Shown: positions 16,370 to 26,081, counted from the first letter of the stretch. The stretch is DNA of 32,000 nt from Candidatus Saccharimonadota bacterium (GCF_008189285.1 NZ_CP043315.1:330001-362000); one strand, 5' to 3'. The notes: generated by a model from the sequence alone, not told the origin. Translations and numbers: made by a program.

Positions 16370-19300
16370 TCAAGAACATCCACTTGTAGACCCACAACTC
16401 TCGCATTGCAAACATGTTCCTACTCGTCTCATTGTAAATTCTTTGCAATTGCTACACATATCCCCTGTGTATCCTAAGCTTTTTTTCAAATCTCTATCAG
16501 TTTTTGGGTCATTGTCTTTCTCTTCTTCAGCAACTTCAACATGCGCAAGATGATCCATGTTTCTGTAAGAAATCGCCAAATCTCTCATCAAATAATCAAC
16601 AATGGATGTTGCATATTTAATTCTATCATGACCTTGAATAGGGCCATACGGCTCAAATTTAGTAAATGCAAACGCATCAACATATTTTTCAAGAGGCACT
16701 CCATGTTGAAGTCCAATAGAAATTGATTTTGATAAACAATTCATCAAACTTCTAAATGACGCGCCTTCAGTTCCCATTCCAGCTGTAAACACTTCTCTAA
16801 TATCATTGTTTTCATTCTCTCCAGTTGTATGATAAAAAGTATACCCTCCAATTGTGACTTTTTGAGTATAGCCTCTTCTTTTTTTAGGCAAAGACTCCTT
16901 TTGACCTCTTTTTAATTCGCTATCATCAGAAAAACCTTTCGCTTGGTTGTCGTGGGAATTAATGCTATTTGTGTTATTAGAGCTATCGCCACTCTCTTTC
17001 TTTTTGTAAGATGCAGACTTGTTTGTCAAATTTAATGCCTGAGCTAATTTCGATCCATCTCTATATAATGCAATTGCTTTTGTTCCTAACGCCCATGCTA
17101 ATTTATACGCATCTCCACACTCTTTAATTGTTGCATTTTCAGACATATTAATTGTTTTTGATATTGCTCCAGACAAGAATGGCTGTACGGACGCCATCAT
17201 TTTTATATGACCTTCAGCAGATATGAATCTTTCTCCATGTGTAGCGCAATCAAACACTGCCAAATGCTCTTCTTTAATATGAGGAGCCCCTATAATTGTT
17301 CCAAATCCACAAGCAAATTTACTTGCAGCCAACTTATCATCTTTGGAAATTCCAAGTTTTTTGAATAATTCTTTAGAGTTTTCAACTTTTAATTGTTTCA
17401 AATCTTCTTCATTAAGAGCCCAAGAAAATACAGAATCTATATCGAATGCATTTTTCAAAGCTACAGAAATTCTATTCAACATTTCATCTGTGCATCCAGC
17501 TTTTTTTAACATTGCATTGCTTAATCCAGGAGCTCCTTCCAAATTACCATGCCCAACAACATACCCTATGATATCTTTTATTTGCTTATCATTATAATTT
17601 AGAGATTTCAACGCTGGCTTAATTGAATTATTAATAATTTTGAAATAACCTCCACCTGAAAGTTTTTTATGCTTAATAAGAGAGAAGTCTGGCTCTATTC
17701 CAAGTGTATCACAATCCATTAGAAGTCCAATTGTTCCTGTTGGAGCAAGTAATGTTACTTGAGCATTTCTATAACCATACTTTTCTCCATTTTGAACAAC
17801 TTCATTCCATAAATTCTCTAATCTAGATTTATCTTTAATAGGACATGCGTCCCAATTTAATACAATTGGCTTAATCCCAATATTGGAAAATTCTCCATTA
17901 AAAATAGCAGATTTGTGATTTTTCACAACTTCTAACATGCATTCTCTATTTTCATCAAACTTAGAAAATGCGCCTAAATCTTTAGCTAATTTTGCAGAAG
18001 TATTATAAGATTCACCATGCATTAAAGCTGTAATATATGCAGATAACGCCCTACCTTCTTCGCTATCGTATGGCATTCCACTTTGCATTAATAATGCTCC
18101 AAGATTTGCATATCCTAATCCAAGTGTACGGAAATCAAATGATCTTTGAGCAATAAGTTTAGATGGGAATTGAGCCATAGCAATTGAAATTTCTAGAACT
18201 GTAGTCCAAAGCTGAACAGCATGAACAAATTTATCCTGCTCAAAATTCCATTTTCCATCATTGTGATTATAAAATTTCAACAAATTAATAGATGCTAAAT
18301 TACACGCAGTGTCATCTAAGAACATATACTCTGAACATGGATTTGACGCATTAATTCTTCCGCTATTTTTGCAAGTATGCCAATCATTAATTGTTGTATC
18401 GTATTGAATTCCTGGATCAGCGCAAAGCCAAGCTGATTTGCTAATTTCATGCCATAAGTCAGAAACTTCCATTTTTTCAGCAATTTGATTATTTGTTCTG
18501 TAAATAAGATTTATATAGCCAGACTCATTTTCAACTTTATTCATAAAATCATTACCAACACGCACAGAGTTGTTTGAATTTTGACCAGAAACAGAAGCAT
18601 ATGCCTCAGATTCAAAGTCAGTTGTAAGAATTTGACAATCCACCTCTACGCCTTGTTCGATCAACTTAATAACTCTATTAAGATATCCATAAGGAACATC
18701 TTTTTCTTCTGCTTCACATAATGCATTTCCTAATTGTTCATTAAATTCTGGATCATATTTATGGTCTTCTTTTCCTGCCCAAGATTTGCATGCATTTTTA
18801 ATATTGTTAATAGTTTTGTTAATTAATTTAGAACCAACAGATAAAAATACAACCTTGTCTTCTTCTTTAGATTTCCATCTAATGTATTCAACTATATCTG
18901 GATGATTTGCATCAACAATATCCATTTTTGCTGACCTTCTAGTTGTTCCTCCAGATTTTATTGCTCCAGCATTTTCATCAAATACAGTTAAAAAGCTCAA
19001 TAATCCAGAAGAAATTCCACCAGAAGAAAGCGATTCGCTTTTAGCTCTTAAAGTAGAATAGTTTGTTCCGCTTCCAGATCCATATTTAAAAACTCTTGTC
19101 TCTCTTGCAATAAGATCTATAATTCCGCCTTCTTGCAATAAATCATCTTTAACAGATTGAATAAAACAAGCATGAGGCTGAGGTCTTTCATATGCAGAAG
19201 AAGACTTGCATGTTTCTAATGTTTCTGGATCTACAAAATAGTGCCCTTGAGGCTCTCCTGTTACTCCGTAAGCCCAATATAGCCCGGTGTTGAACCATTG

Positions 19301-19756
19301 AGGAGAGTTAGGAGCTGCTGATTGAGATGCTAACATGTAACAAATTTCATCGTGGAATATTTTTGCATCTTCTTCTGAATTAAAATATCCGTATTTCCAA
19401 CCCCAATAAGTCCATGCACCAGCTAATCTATCAAATATTTTTCTAGAATCTGCTTCTGCATCATATCTTTCTATTTCGCTTAATTTTCCTAATTTTTCTT
19501 CATCTGGAATTGATTTTTGAATCCATTCTGGAACATTTTTTTCTGCAACACGCTTAGTAAATTTAGGAACCCCTGCTTTTCTAGCATATTTCTGCGCAAT
19601 AATATCCACTGAAGTTTGAGACCAACCTTCTGGAACAAGTATAGATTCAAATGATTTTATAGTGTTTCCATTTAAATCTATAATTTTACTACTTCTTTCA
19701 GTAAATTTTATACTTTCATATGGATTTGATTTAGTTAATAGTCTTTTAAATTTCAT
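16370..19756 (-). CDS. nrdJ: Class II (adenosylcobalamin-dependent) ribonucleotide reductase, long alpha-proteobacterial form
   Basis: The 1128-aa ORF carries NrdJ segments: ...NPCSEYMFLDDTACNLASINL..., ...RRGYTQKV.IGG...Y..TGE......EVF..M..EGA.FRSLMN......S.GLQ.GVPLE.YVDAF.FT.FEP.G...G.D.IK.ATS..DY..R.LA.SY, and the C-terminal Cys cluster CSNC...CLQCESCGSTSGCS. A GAGGG Shine-Dalgarno lies 7 nt upstream of the ATG. Confidence 0.9.
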   Translation of the reverse strand: MKFKRLLTKSNPYESIKFTERSSKIIDLNGNTIKSFESILVPEGWSQTSVDIIAQKYARKAGVPKFTKRVAEKNVPEWIQKSIPDEEKLGKLSEIERYDAEADSRKIFDRLAGAWTYWGWKYGYFNSEEDAKIFHDEICYMLASQSAAPNSPQWFNTGLYWAYGVTGEPQGHYFVDPETLETCKSSSAYERPQPHACFIQSVKDDLLQEGGIIDLIARETRVFKYGSGSGTNYSTLRAKSESLSSGGISSGLLSFLTVFDENAGAIKSGGTTRRSAKMDIVDANHPDIVEYIRWKSKEEDKVVFLSVGSKLINKTINNIKNACKSWAGKEDHKYDPEFNEQLGNALCEAEEKDVPYGYLNRVIKLIEQGVEVDCQILTTDFESEAYASVSGQNSNNSVRVGNDFMNKVENESGYINLIYRTNNQIAEKMEVSDLWHEISKSAWLCADPGIQYDTTINDWHTCKNSGRINASNPCSEYMFLDDTACNLASINLLKFYNHNDGKWNFEQDKFVHAVQLWTTVLEISIAMAQFPSKLIAQRSFDFRTLGLGYANLGALLMQSGMPYDSEEGRALSAYITALMHGESYNTSAKLAKDLGAFSKFDENRECMLEVVKNHKSAIFNGEFSNIGIKPIVLNWDACPIKDKSRLENLWNEVVQNGEKYGYRNAQVTLLAPTGTIGLLMDCDTLGIEPDFSLIKHKKLSGGGYFKIINNSIKPALKSLNYNDKQIKDIIGYVVGHGNLEGAPGLSNAMLKKAGCTDEMLNRISVALKNAFDIDSVFSWALNEEDLKQLKVENSKELFKKLGISKDDKLAASKFACGFGTIIGAPHIKEEHLAVFDCATHGERFISAEGHIKMMASVQPFLSGAISKTINMSENATIKECGDAYKLAWALGTKAIALYRDGSKLAQALNLTNKSASYKKKESGDSSNNTNSINSHDNQAKGFSDDSELKRGQKESLPKKRRGYTQKVTIGGYTFYHTTGENENNDIREVFTAGMGTEGASFRSLMNCLSKSISIGLQHGVPLEKYVDAFAFTKFEPYGPIQGHDRIKYATSIVDYLMRDLAISYRNMDHLAHVEVAEEEKDNDPKTDRDLKKSLGYTGDMCSNCKEFTMRRVGTCLQCESCGSTSGCS

Positions 19757-19874
19757 TTAAGCCCTCGTTAATGAAAGTGTAATATTAAAACAATTTATTC
19801 GCTATATTTGAAAATATATTTTATATATGTTAGGGCAAAAATCTTATAGCATTTCTTCTAGTGAAAATTTTATT

Positions 19875-19907
19875 TTGCAAAAAATTTGCAAAAAATTTGC
19901 AAAAAAT
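19875..19907. repeat. 11-bp tandem repeat x3 (ttgcaaaaaat), a phased A6 tract array
   Basis: Copies at 19875-19885, 19886-19896 and 19897-19907 are identical. The array lies 119-151 nt upstream of the nrdJ start codon and 18 nt downstream of the tricorn-homologue stop. Confidence 0.95.
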
Positions 19908-19924
19908 TATTTTATAAAAGACTG

Positions 19925-22900
19925 TCAAATCTTTTCTAAAAGAAGGTCAATTGCATATTCTAATTGTGGATCATGATTATTTTCAAAATCTTGTGGGAAA
20001 ATTCCTACTTCAACATCAGGCTCAACTCCATTGTTTTCCATGTCTAATCCAGTCCCGTTCATTGAAATTCCATATTCTGGCTGACTGGTTAATCCTCCAT
20101 CAATTAAATAATATCTTGGACAAATTCCAACTACTCCACCCCAAGTTCTTTTTCCAATTACTGGACCAAGCTTTAATTCTTTAAACATTCTAGTGAAAAT
20201 ATCTCCATCAGAACCAGTATATTCATTACACAGAAGAATCATTGGCCCAGAGGGAGACTCATCAGGATAAGGATCCTTTGTGCCGTGTCTTGGAATCGAA
20301 TATGCAGACCTTCTTCTTTGCAATTTATCCAATATCAAAGAAGATAAAAATCCTCCACTATTGTATCGCGCATCAACTACAAGTGCATCTTTTCTATGTT
20401 CAAAAATATATCTTCTGTAAAATTCTTGAAAGCCATTCTCGACCATGTCAGGAATGTGAACATACCCTATTTTATCTGATCTATTTTTAATTATAGAAAC
20501 ATTTTTCTCTATCCATCTATGGTAAGAAAGCTCGCTCCATGATTTCATAGGCTTAATGTAAATTTCTTTATCATTATTTAGAATTATGGAGTTATTTTCT
20601 TTATTCAAATAAATATGAACATCTTTTTTATTATTCATATCATGTCCATTTACACTTGTTACTATATCTCCTGCCTTAGCATTTAAATGAAGCGGAGATT
20701 TGCAGTTCTTATTATAGTATATTTCATCTATCTTAAATCCTGTTTCTACTTTTGTGAATTTTGCGCCCAAATAACCATGGAATCTATGCTCAGGCTCAAA
20801 AACATCTCCTTTTTCCAAAACATATGCATGAGAAGTTTTCAACTCTCCAATCATGTCAGCAATAATTGAGTTTAGCTCATTTCTAGATTTAATTTTCTTC
20901 ACTAAACTTTGATATTTAGATTTCATAGAATCCCAATCTATATTATTCATACTTGATTCCCAGAAATGCTCTTTAGTTAACCACCAGACTTCATTAAGGA
21001 TTTGTGTCCATTCTTCACTTGGGTCAATTTCAACCTCAATATCATCTACAGCAACCCATCCACCTTTTTTGTGCGAAGTATCATTTTCTTCAAATTTAGA
21101 TCCAGCTTGACCGATTCGCAATTTTTCTTCATTGGCATAAATAATCCATTTTTTATTTTGGGATAATTTATAGCTTGTCATATCAGATACTATGTTTTCT
21201 AATTTTGGATTTTGAAAATTAAATACGTCAAGCTTTTTGTCGTGTGAAATCAATAATTTATCTTCTATAGCAATTAGTTTGTGATATTTTCCTGGCTTAA
21301 TTGAAGAAGCAAATGTTCTGAGCTCTATCCCATCTAAATCTATTTTAGTTGGCTCAATTTCTTCTTCGTCATCTTTTTTATCAGATTCAGCAGCTTTCGC
21401 TTCTTTGTTTTCATCTGAAATAACTACTTCATCTTCTAAATCATCATCTTCGTCATCTTCATCTTTAACATTCATCCAATCTACAAATGGATCTTTGGAA
21501 TCTTTTTCCAATGAAATGGCATATGGCTTTGCCCCATGTTTAAAATACAAATTAAATGACATAGGATCAAATTCAGTTTTTAAATCCCTAAATGATAGAA
21601 AGTATATATACTTACCTTTTGGATCAAAGCTTGGAGATGCATCTTTAAATTCTGAAGGAGTAATTTGTGTGTGCTTTTTTGAATCTAAATTATATAAGAA
21701 TAATGATGAAATGCTTGAGCAAATCATTCTACTGTAAACGATCCATTTTCCATCTGGAGACCAGTCAAATCCTCTAAATTTATTTCCATTATCCAGTATT
21801 TTCTCTGCATTTTTCTTGTCAATATCAATCAACCACATTTCATTACGATTATTTATAGTTGCAATTATATTATTCTCAGAAATAATATATTTCTCGATTC
21901 TTCCAATTCCTTCAACTTTAAATTTAGACTCTTCTTTATCATGATAAGTAATTATTGAGTCATTTTCATTATCTTGAATTGTAACTAATATATTATCTTT
22001 ATTCCAAAAGGCAATTCTGCATCGAATATTTCCATTTCTTAGCTTGTGTCCTTTGTTCCACAATGCCTTAGAAAATACCTTTCCTCTTATTGCGCAAGAA
22101 ACTTCAGATCCTTTGTTATTCACATCTCCACTAGTTATCAATTCATAATTACTTTCATTGTAAAATTTATCTTGTTCAAAACTATAGCTAGGACCTTCTA
22201 TATCTAGTTTTTCATCTTTTCCTGTTTCAACATTAAAGCAATATATATCTCCAGCCTTGCTGTATAATATTTTATCTTCATCATATTTTGAGATTCCCCT
22301 TGCATAAAAATCATCATGATTAGTTTGTTGTTTCCAAGACTTTTCATCGACATTGTATTCATATATATTTCCGATTCCATCACAATCACTTAGAAAAAAT
22401 AATCTATCTTTTACCCATAAAGGAGATAGTGCATTGCTGTTTTCAAATGGAAGTTTGATAAAATTTGCATTTGATGAATTTTTTAAATTAAATTTATCAG
22501 ATGATGCAATCCATAAATCACCAACTGTTCCTCCTTTATACCCTCTCCAATTACTATATCCATATCCAAATCTCTGTATTACAGGTTTATTTTTACCATC
22601 ATATGCAATAAATCCTGCATGACCACAAGGAATCTTTGTTGTGGAATCATCTTTTATATTTAAAACGAACAGCTGAAATTGATTCTTGAATGGTAATTCA
22701 TAATTTGTTGCATAAATTATATTATCATTATCAAGCCATCCAACTACATAAGTAGAGCCTCCATAAAAAGTTTTTCTAATTGGCTTATGACTATTAATAT
22801 CTATGATATAAACATCTGATTTACTGTCTTCAGATCCAGTAAATGCTAAATGCTTTCCGTTTGGGGATAAAGATAAATCTATGGCTGTATTTTGAAGCAT

Positions 22901-23014
22901 AGCCCATCTATTTAGTCCATTTTCCTTTGACCAAGACCATAAAGTTTCATGAGATACCATGTATATCTTTCCTTGAAAACCAACTGGACACCTATAATAT
23001 TGATTCAACGACAT
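19925..23014 (-). CDS. Tricorn protease homologue (beta-propellers + C1 + PDZ + S41-type C-terminal peptidase domain)
   Basis: The 1029-aa ORF has a tricorn-like N-terminus without a signal peptide (P.....GKIYMVSHETLWSW), as in archaeal tricorn (PDIHGDRI.FV...DLW). It has repeated TolB/WD-like DWSPDGK blades, then IDLDGIELR, then S41-like segments: ...VVDARYNSGG... and ...LLCNEYTGSDGDIFTRMFKELKLGPVIGKRTWGG. Confidence 0.85.
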   Translation of the reverse strand: MSLNQYYRCPVGFQGKIYMVSHETLWSWSKENGLNRWAMLQNTAIDLSLSPNGKHLAFTGSEDSKSDVYIIDINSHKPIRKTFYGGSTYVVGWLDNDNIIYATNYELPFKNQFQLFVLNIKDDSTTKIPCGHAGFIAYDGKNKPVIQRFGYGYSNWRGYKGGTVGDLWIASSDKFNLKNSSNANFIKLPFENSNALSPLWVKDRLFFLSDCDGIGNIYEYNVDEKSWKQQTNHDDFYARGISKYDEDKILYSKAGDIYCFNVETGKDEKLDIEGPSYSFEQDKFYNESNYELITSGDVNNKGSEVSCAIRGKVFSKALWNKGHKLRNGNIRCRIAFWNKDNILVTIQDNENDSIITYHDKEESKFKVEGIGRIEKYIISENNIIATINNRNEMWLIDIDKKNAEKILDNGNKFRGFDWSPDGKWIVYSRMICSSISSLFLYNLDSKKHTQITPSEFKDASPSFDPKGKYIYFLSFRDLKTEFDPMSFNLYFKHGAKPYAISLEKDSKDPFVDWMNVKDEDDEDDDLEDEVVISDENKEAKAAESDKKDDEEEIEPTKIDLDGIELRTFASSIKPGKYHKLIAIEDKLLISHDKKLDVFNFQNPKLENIVSDMTSYKLSQNKKWIIYANEEKLRIGQAGSKFEENDTSHKKGGWVAVDDIEVEIDPSEEWTQILNEVWWLTKEHFWESSMNNIDWDSMKSKYQSLVKKIKSRNELNSIIADMIGELKTSHAYVLEKGDVFEPEHRFHGYLGAKFTKVETGFKIDEIYYNKNCKSPLHLNAKAGDIVTSVNGHDMNNKKDVHIYLNKENNSIILNNDKEIYIKPMKSWSELSYHRWIEKNVSIIKNRSDKIGYVHIPDMVENGFQEFYRRYIFEHRKDALVVDARYNSGGFLSSLILDKLQRRRSAYSIPRHGTKDPYPDESPSGPMILLCNEYTGSDGDIFTRMFKELKLGPVIGKRTWGGVVGICPRYYLIDGGLTSQPEYGISMNGTGLDMENNGVEPDVEVGIFPQDFENNHDPQLEYAIDLLLEKI

Positions 23015-23144
23015 ATAATAATTCTCTCAAAAATCATCAATCAATAATAGAGTTTCGATAATTTAATTAAAAAGGAATTGATCTATTGATTTTTAAAGAA
23101 TATTTAATTATTTTCTAATTTATTGTTTTAGATTATAAGTGATT

Positions 23145-24653
23145 TCATTTCCTTGCATTTAACTTAAATAGCTCATAATCTTTTGCGTTGCTTATTAAAT
23201 TATATTCAGGAGAATCTACAATATAAGCCCTTATCATGATAACAATTTCTTCGTAAACTTCAGAGCGGTTTGTCGATCCTAAAACAGAAACTTTTCTAAC
23301 TCCAGGAATTCCTTCTTTTTCTTTTGCGCTTCTTTTTTTAATTAACCCTCCAATAACTACTAAATCTCCATCATCAACACGTATCGTGCTGTCCATTTCT
23401 TGGGTAGAAATTATTGGAACCTTAGATTCAACTTTTATATCATTTGCCATAAGAGGGACTGCTGGGTCTTTAGTAAAATGACTTATATCAGAGATTGTAG
23501 GGTGAACTAGCAATGTAATTGTTCTGTTTCTAAAATCTATTGATGGCTGAACAGAAAGCATAGTTCCAACTGGCACTGTATTAATCTCACTGCTAAATGC
23601 TCTCAAAACTTTATCTTCCCCAACAGATTTCTTCCAAGATAAATCTGATTGTTTTAAATTGAAGTAAATCTGATTTTCCGCAACTTTAAATATAGCGTAT
23701 TGGTTATTTAGAACTGTTGTGGTTGGGTTAGAAACTGTAGATACTTCTCCGAAATTCTCTAAAAGATCAATCAAGCTATCATTAACTATCTCACCATCAT
23801 CACTTTTTTGTGAAGTGAAAATTTTAAGCGCATTGCTATTTTGTGTTTCTGAGCCCACTGCCCAATCAACTTTATTTTTTATGTTTCTGTATAAATTAAG
23901 AGAATTCCAGTTTATTCCTGTTTTTAAGTCATGATTCAATTTAACAGATAAAACTTTCGCTTCGATCAAAACTTGACTTGATGCTCTTTTGTGCACTTGC
24001 ATCAAGAAATCATGAATTTGTTTTTGCGTTCTTTGCTTTCCTCTAACAATTAAAACTCCAGCTTGTTTGTTAATTGTGTATTTTTTATTATTTTCTCCAA
24101 GAATAAAATTAAGATTAGATTCTATTTCTTTCCAAATGTCGTAATCATGTTTATTGCTCAAATTTACAGATGATCCAATGTTCAAACCACCCTTCTCGCA
24201 TCCAGCGCTAACATTTGTATTAGTGCTTGCGCTTCTCACATTGGATAAAAATGCTATTTCGTGAAAAAACTCATATTCCTCATCTTTGACTATTTGTATA
24301 TCACTATCTTGTATAACTATTCTAAATCCAGCTAAAGCACATAATTTCTTGACAGCCTCTAATGATGAAATATTTTTGCATGAAAAAAATACTTTTTTAT
24401 CTTTCAATTCTTCAGAAATATTAATTGAAATACTGCTTTGTTCAGAAATCTTTTTAAGAATCTCAATTGCAGAATAATCTGCAAAAGTAACACTCATCTT
24501 ATTGTCCCAACCAAGCGGAATGCACATTTTCTTTTTTGGTTTTTTTATTGCGTTGGATTTTGCATGCTTTAATTCTTTACATAATGATTTTGGCCTTTCC
24601 AGTTTCTTGTTGCAACCAAATAGCATCAAACAAATAATTAAAGAATACTTCAT
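23145..24653 (-). CDS. Secretin-family outer-membrane channel, lipoprotein type (MshL/PilQ/GspD-like)
   Basis: It has a lipobox signal peptide (MKYSLIICLMLFG-C) and an N-terminal secretin-N-like module (FADYSAIEILKKISEQSSISINISEELKDKKVFFSCKNISSLEAVKKLCALAGF). The C-terminal secretin domain reads VPVGTMLSVQPSID..NRTITLLVHPTISDI....VPIISTQEMDSTIRVDDGDLVVIGGLI........GIPG......LGS.....EIVIMIRAYIV. Confidence 0.8.
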   Translation of the reverse strand: MKYSLIICLMLFGCNKKLERPKSLCKELKHAKSNAIKKPKKKMCIPLGWDNKMSVTFADYSAIEILKKISEQSSISINISEELKDKKVFFSCKNISSLEAVKKLCALAGFRIVIQDSDIQIVKDEEYEFFHEIAFLSNVRSASTNTNVSAGCEKGGLNIGSSVNLSNKHDYDIWKEIESNLNFILGENNKKYTINKQAGVLIVRGKQRTQKQIHDFLMQVHKRASSQVLIEAKVLSVKLNHDLKTGINWNSLNLYRNIKNKVDWAVGSETQNSNALKIFTSQKSDDGEIVNDSLIDLLENFGEVSTVSNPTTTVLNNQYAIFKVAENQIYFNLKQSDLSWKKSVGEDKVLRAFSSEINTVPVGTMLSVQPSIDFRNRTITLLVHPTISDISHFTKDPAVPLMANDIKVESKVPIISTQEMDSTIRVDDGDLVVIGGLIKKRSAKEKEGIPGVRKVSVLGSTNRSEVYEEIVIMIRAYIVDSPEYNLISNAKDYELFKLNARK

Positions 24654-24801
24654 TGTGATAAAGATACTATTAATTCATCCATATTACAAATAAATAGGCA
24701 AATTATGACATTTAATGTTTGTGTTTTATCAACAAAATTATAATTTAATATAGCGCCATTATTCAATTGACTTTATAAGCATTAAGAATAAATAATTGCA
24801 C

Positions 24802-25968
24802 ATGAATAACTCTGAAACATTATCGATTATATCAAAATTAATTAGCTTTAAATCCATAACCCCCCTTGGCTTAGATTGCTTGGAATATGTATCATCTTTT
24901 TTAAAAGAATTAAATTTCTCAGTAGAAATCATTCAATATGGCCCTGTATACAATATGTTTGCGAAACTAAAAAAATCAGATGGTCCTCATGTATGCTTTG
25001 GAGGGCATGTAGATGTAGTGCCTCCTGGAAATGAATGGAATCACAATCCTTACGAGCTAACTCAACAAAATTCAAATGGAAAGGAAATGATTTCTGGATT
25101 GGGAATTGTTGATATGAAAGGGGCAATTGGTTGTTTCTTATCAGCTTTGAAAGATTGTATAAATAATATTAAAGGAACTGTTAGTGTATTACTTACCACA
25201 GATGAAGAAGGTGATGCAGTAGATGGCATAAGAAAAGTTATAGAAAATCATAAGCTATCAAATGAAAAATTTGATTTATTTGTATTAGGAGAGCCGTCTT
25301 GTTATAAAATTGCAGGCGATGCAATAAAAATAGGAAGGCGTGGAAGCGTTACTGGGATTATTTCCCTTAAAGGGAAAAAGGGTCATATCGCATATCCTGA
25401 GTTTACAAATAGCTCAATCAATCCATTAAAAGATATTTTAGATATTCTGCATAATAAAACCATTGGAGAAAGAAATGAATATTTTGAAGCAAGCAGAGTT
25501 CAAGTTACTGGCATAAGCAATGAAAATCAAACTGAAAATGTAATTCCTGGAGATTTGCAAATATGTTTTGGAGCTAGATTTAACTCTAACTATACAGGAG
25601 AAAAAATAATTGAAAAGCTATCAGAAAAAATCAACAAAGCATGCAATAAATATGACATAAAATACTCTATTGCATGGAAAAAGCATGGAGAATCATTTGT
25701 TGTGCATGATAAAAATATCATTCAATGGATTAGAGATAGTGTAAAAAATATTTCAGGCAAAGAAATAGATTTTAATGCAAATGGAGCAACTAGTGATGGT
25801 AGATTTCTAACCAAATTAGGCCCAGTAGTTGAAATTGGACTTAATGAAGATCAAGCGCATCAAACAAATGAATGCACAGAATTATCTAATATAAAAATTC
25901 TTCAAAATATATATTGCGAACTTTTAAAAAATATGACCAATATGCCTTCGTCAAAATCTTCTAATTAA
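24802..25968 (+). CDS. dapE: Succinyl-diaminopimelate desuccinylase (M20 peptidase family)
   Basis: The DapE pattern is present: L...LI...S.TP......L.......L...GF......YG.V.N..A......P...F.GH.DVVP.G....W...P...... DMKG......A......, TTDEEG.A.DG and LGEPS. The track TTG at 24796 is replaced here by the ATG at 24802. Confidence 0.9.
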   Translation: MNNSETLSIISKLISFKSITPLGLDCLEYVSSFLKELNFSVEIIQYGPVYNMFAKLKKSDGPHVCFGGHVDVVPPGNEWNHNPYELTQQNSNGKEMISGLGIVDMKGAIGCFLSALKDCINNIKGTVSVLLTTDEEGDAVDGIRKVIENHKLSNEKFDLFVLGEPSCYKIAGDAIKIGRRGSVTGIISLKGKKGHIAYPEFTNSSINPLKDILDILHNKTIGERNEYFEASRVQVTGISNENQTENVIPGDLQICFGARFNSNYTGEKIIEKLSEKINKACNKYDIKYSIAWKKHGESFVVHDKNIIQWIRDSVKNISGKEIDFNANGATSDGRFLTKLGPVVEIGLNEDQAHQTNECTELSNIKILQNIYCELLKNMTNMPSSKSSN

Positions 25969-26081
25969 TAGCTCAAAAAATTAGCTTTTCTGCAAATTAA
26001 ACAGAAAACCAAATAATAATAAATAATATTTAATTTCATAAATAGCTTAATTTCAATGATTAATAATGATATAATTTTGCA

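Noticed and set aside
16166-16477. Track ORFs 16166..16354 (-) and 16265..16477 (+) in or near the spacer downstream of nrdJ.
   Set aside because: They are short and overlap each other, and the second runs into the nrdJ 3' end. They have no motifs or ribosome-binding sites and are most likely noncoding.
19757-19924. NrdR box or cobalamin riboswitch in the nrdJ leader.
   Set aside because: I could not find the paired 16-bp NrdR palindromes or the B12-box core. The only palindromes (for example aaaatatatttt) are pure A/T and expected from composition. B12 riboswitches usually control B12-independent isozymes, not nrdJ.
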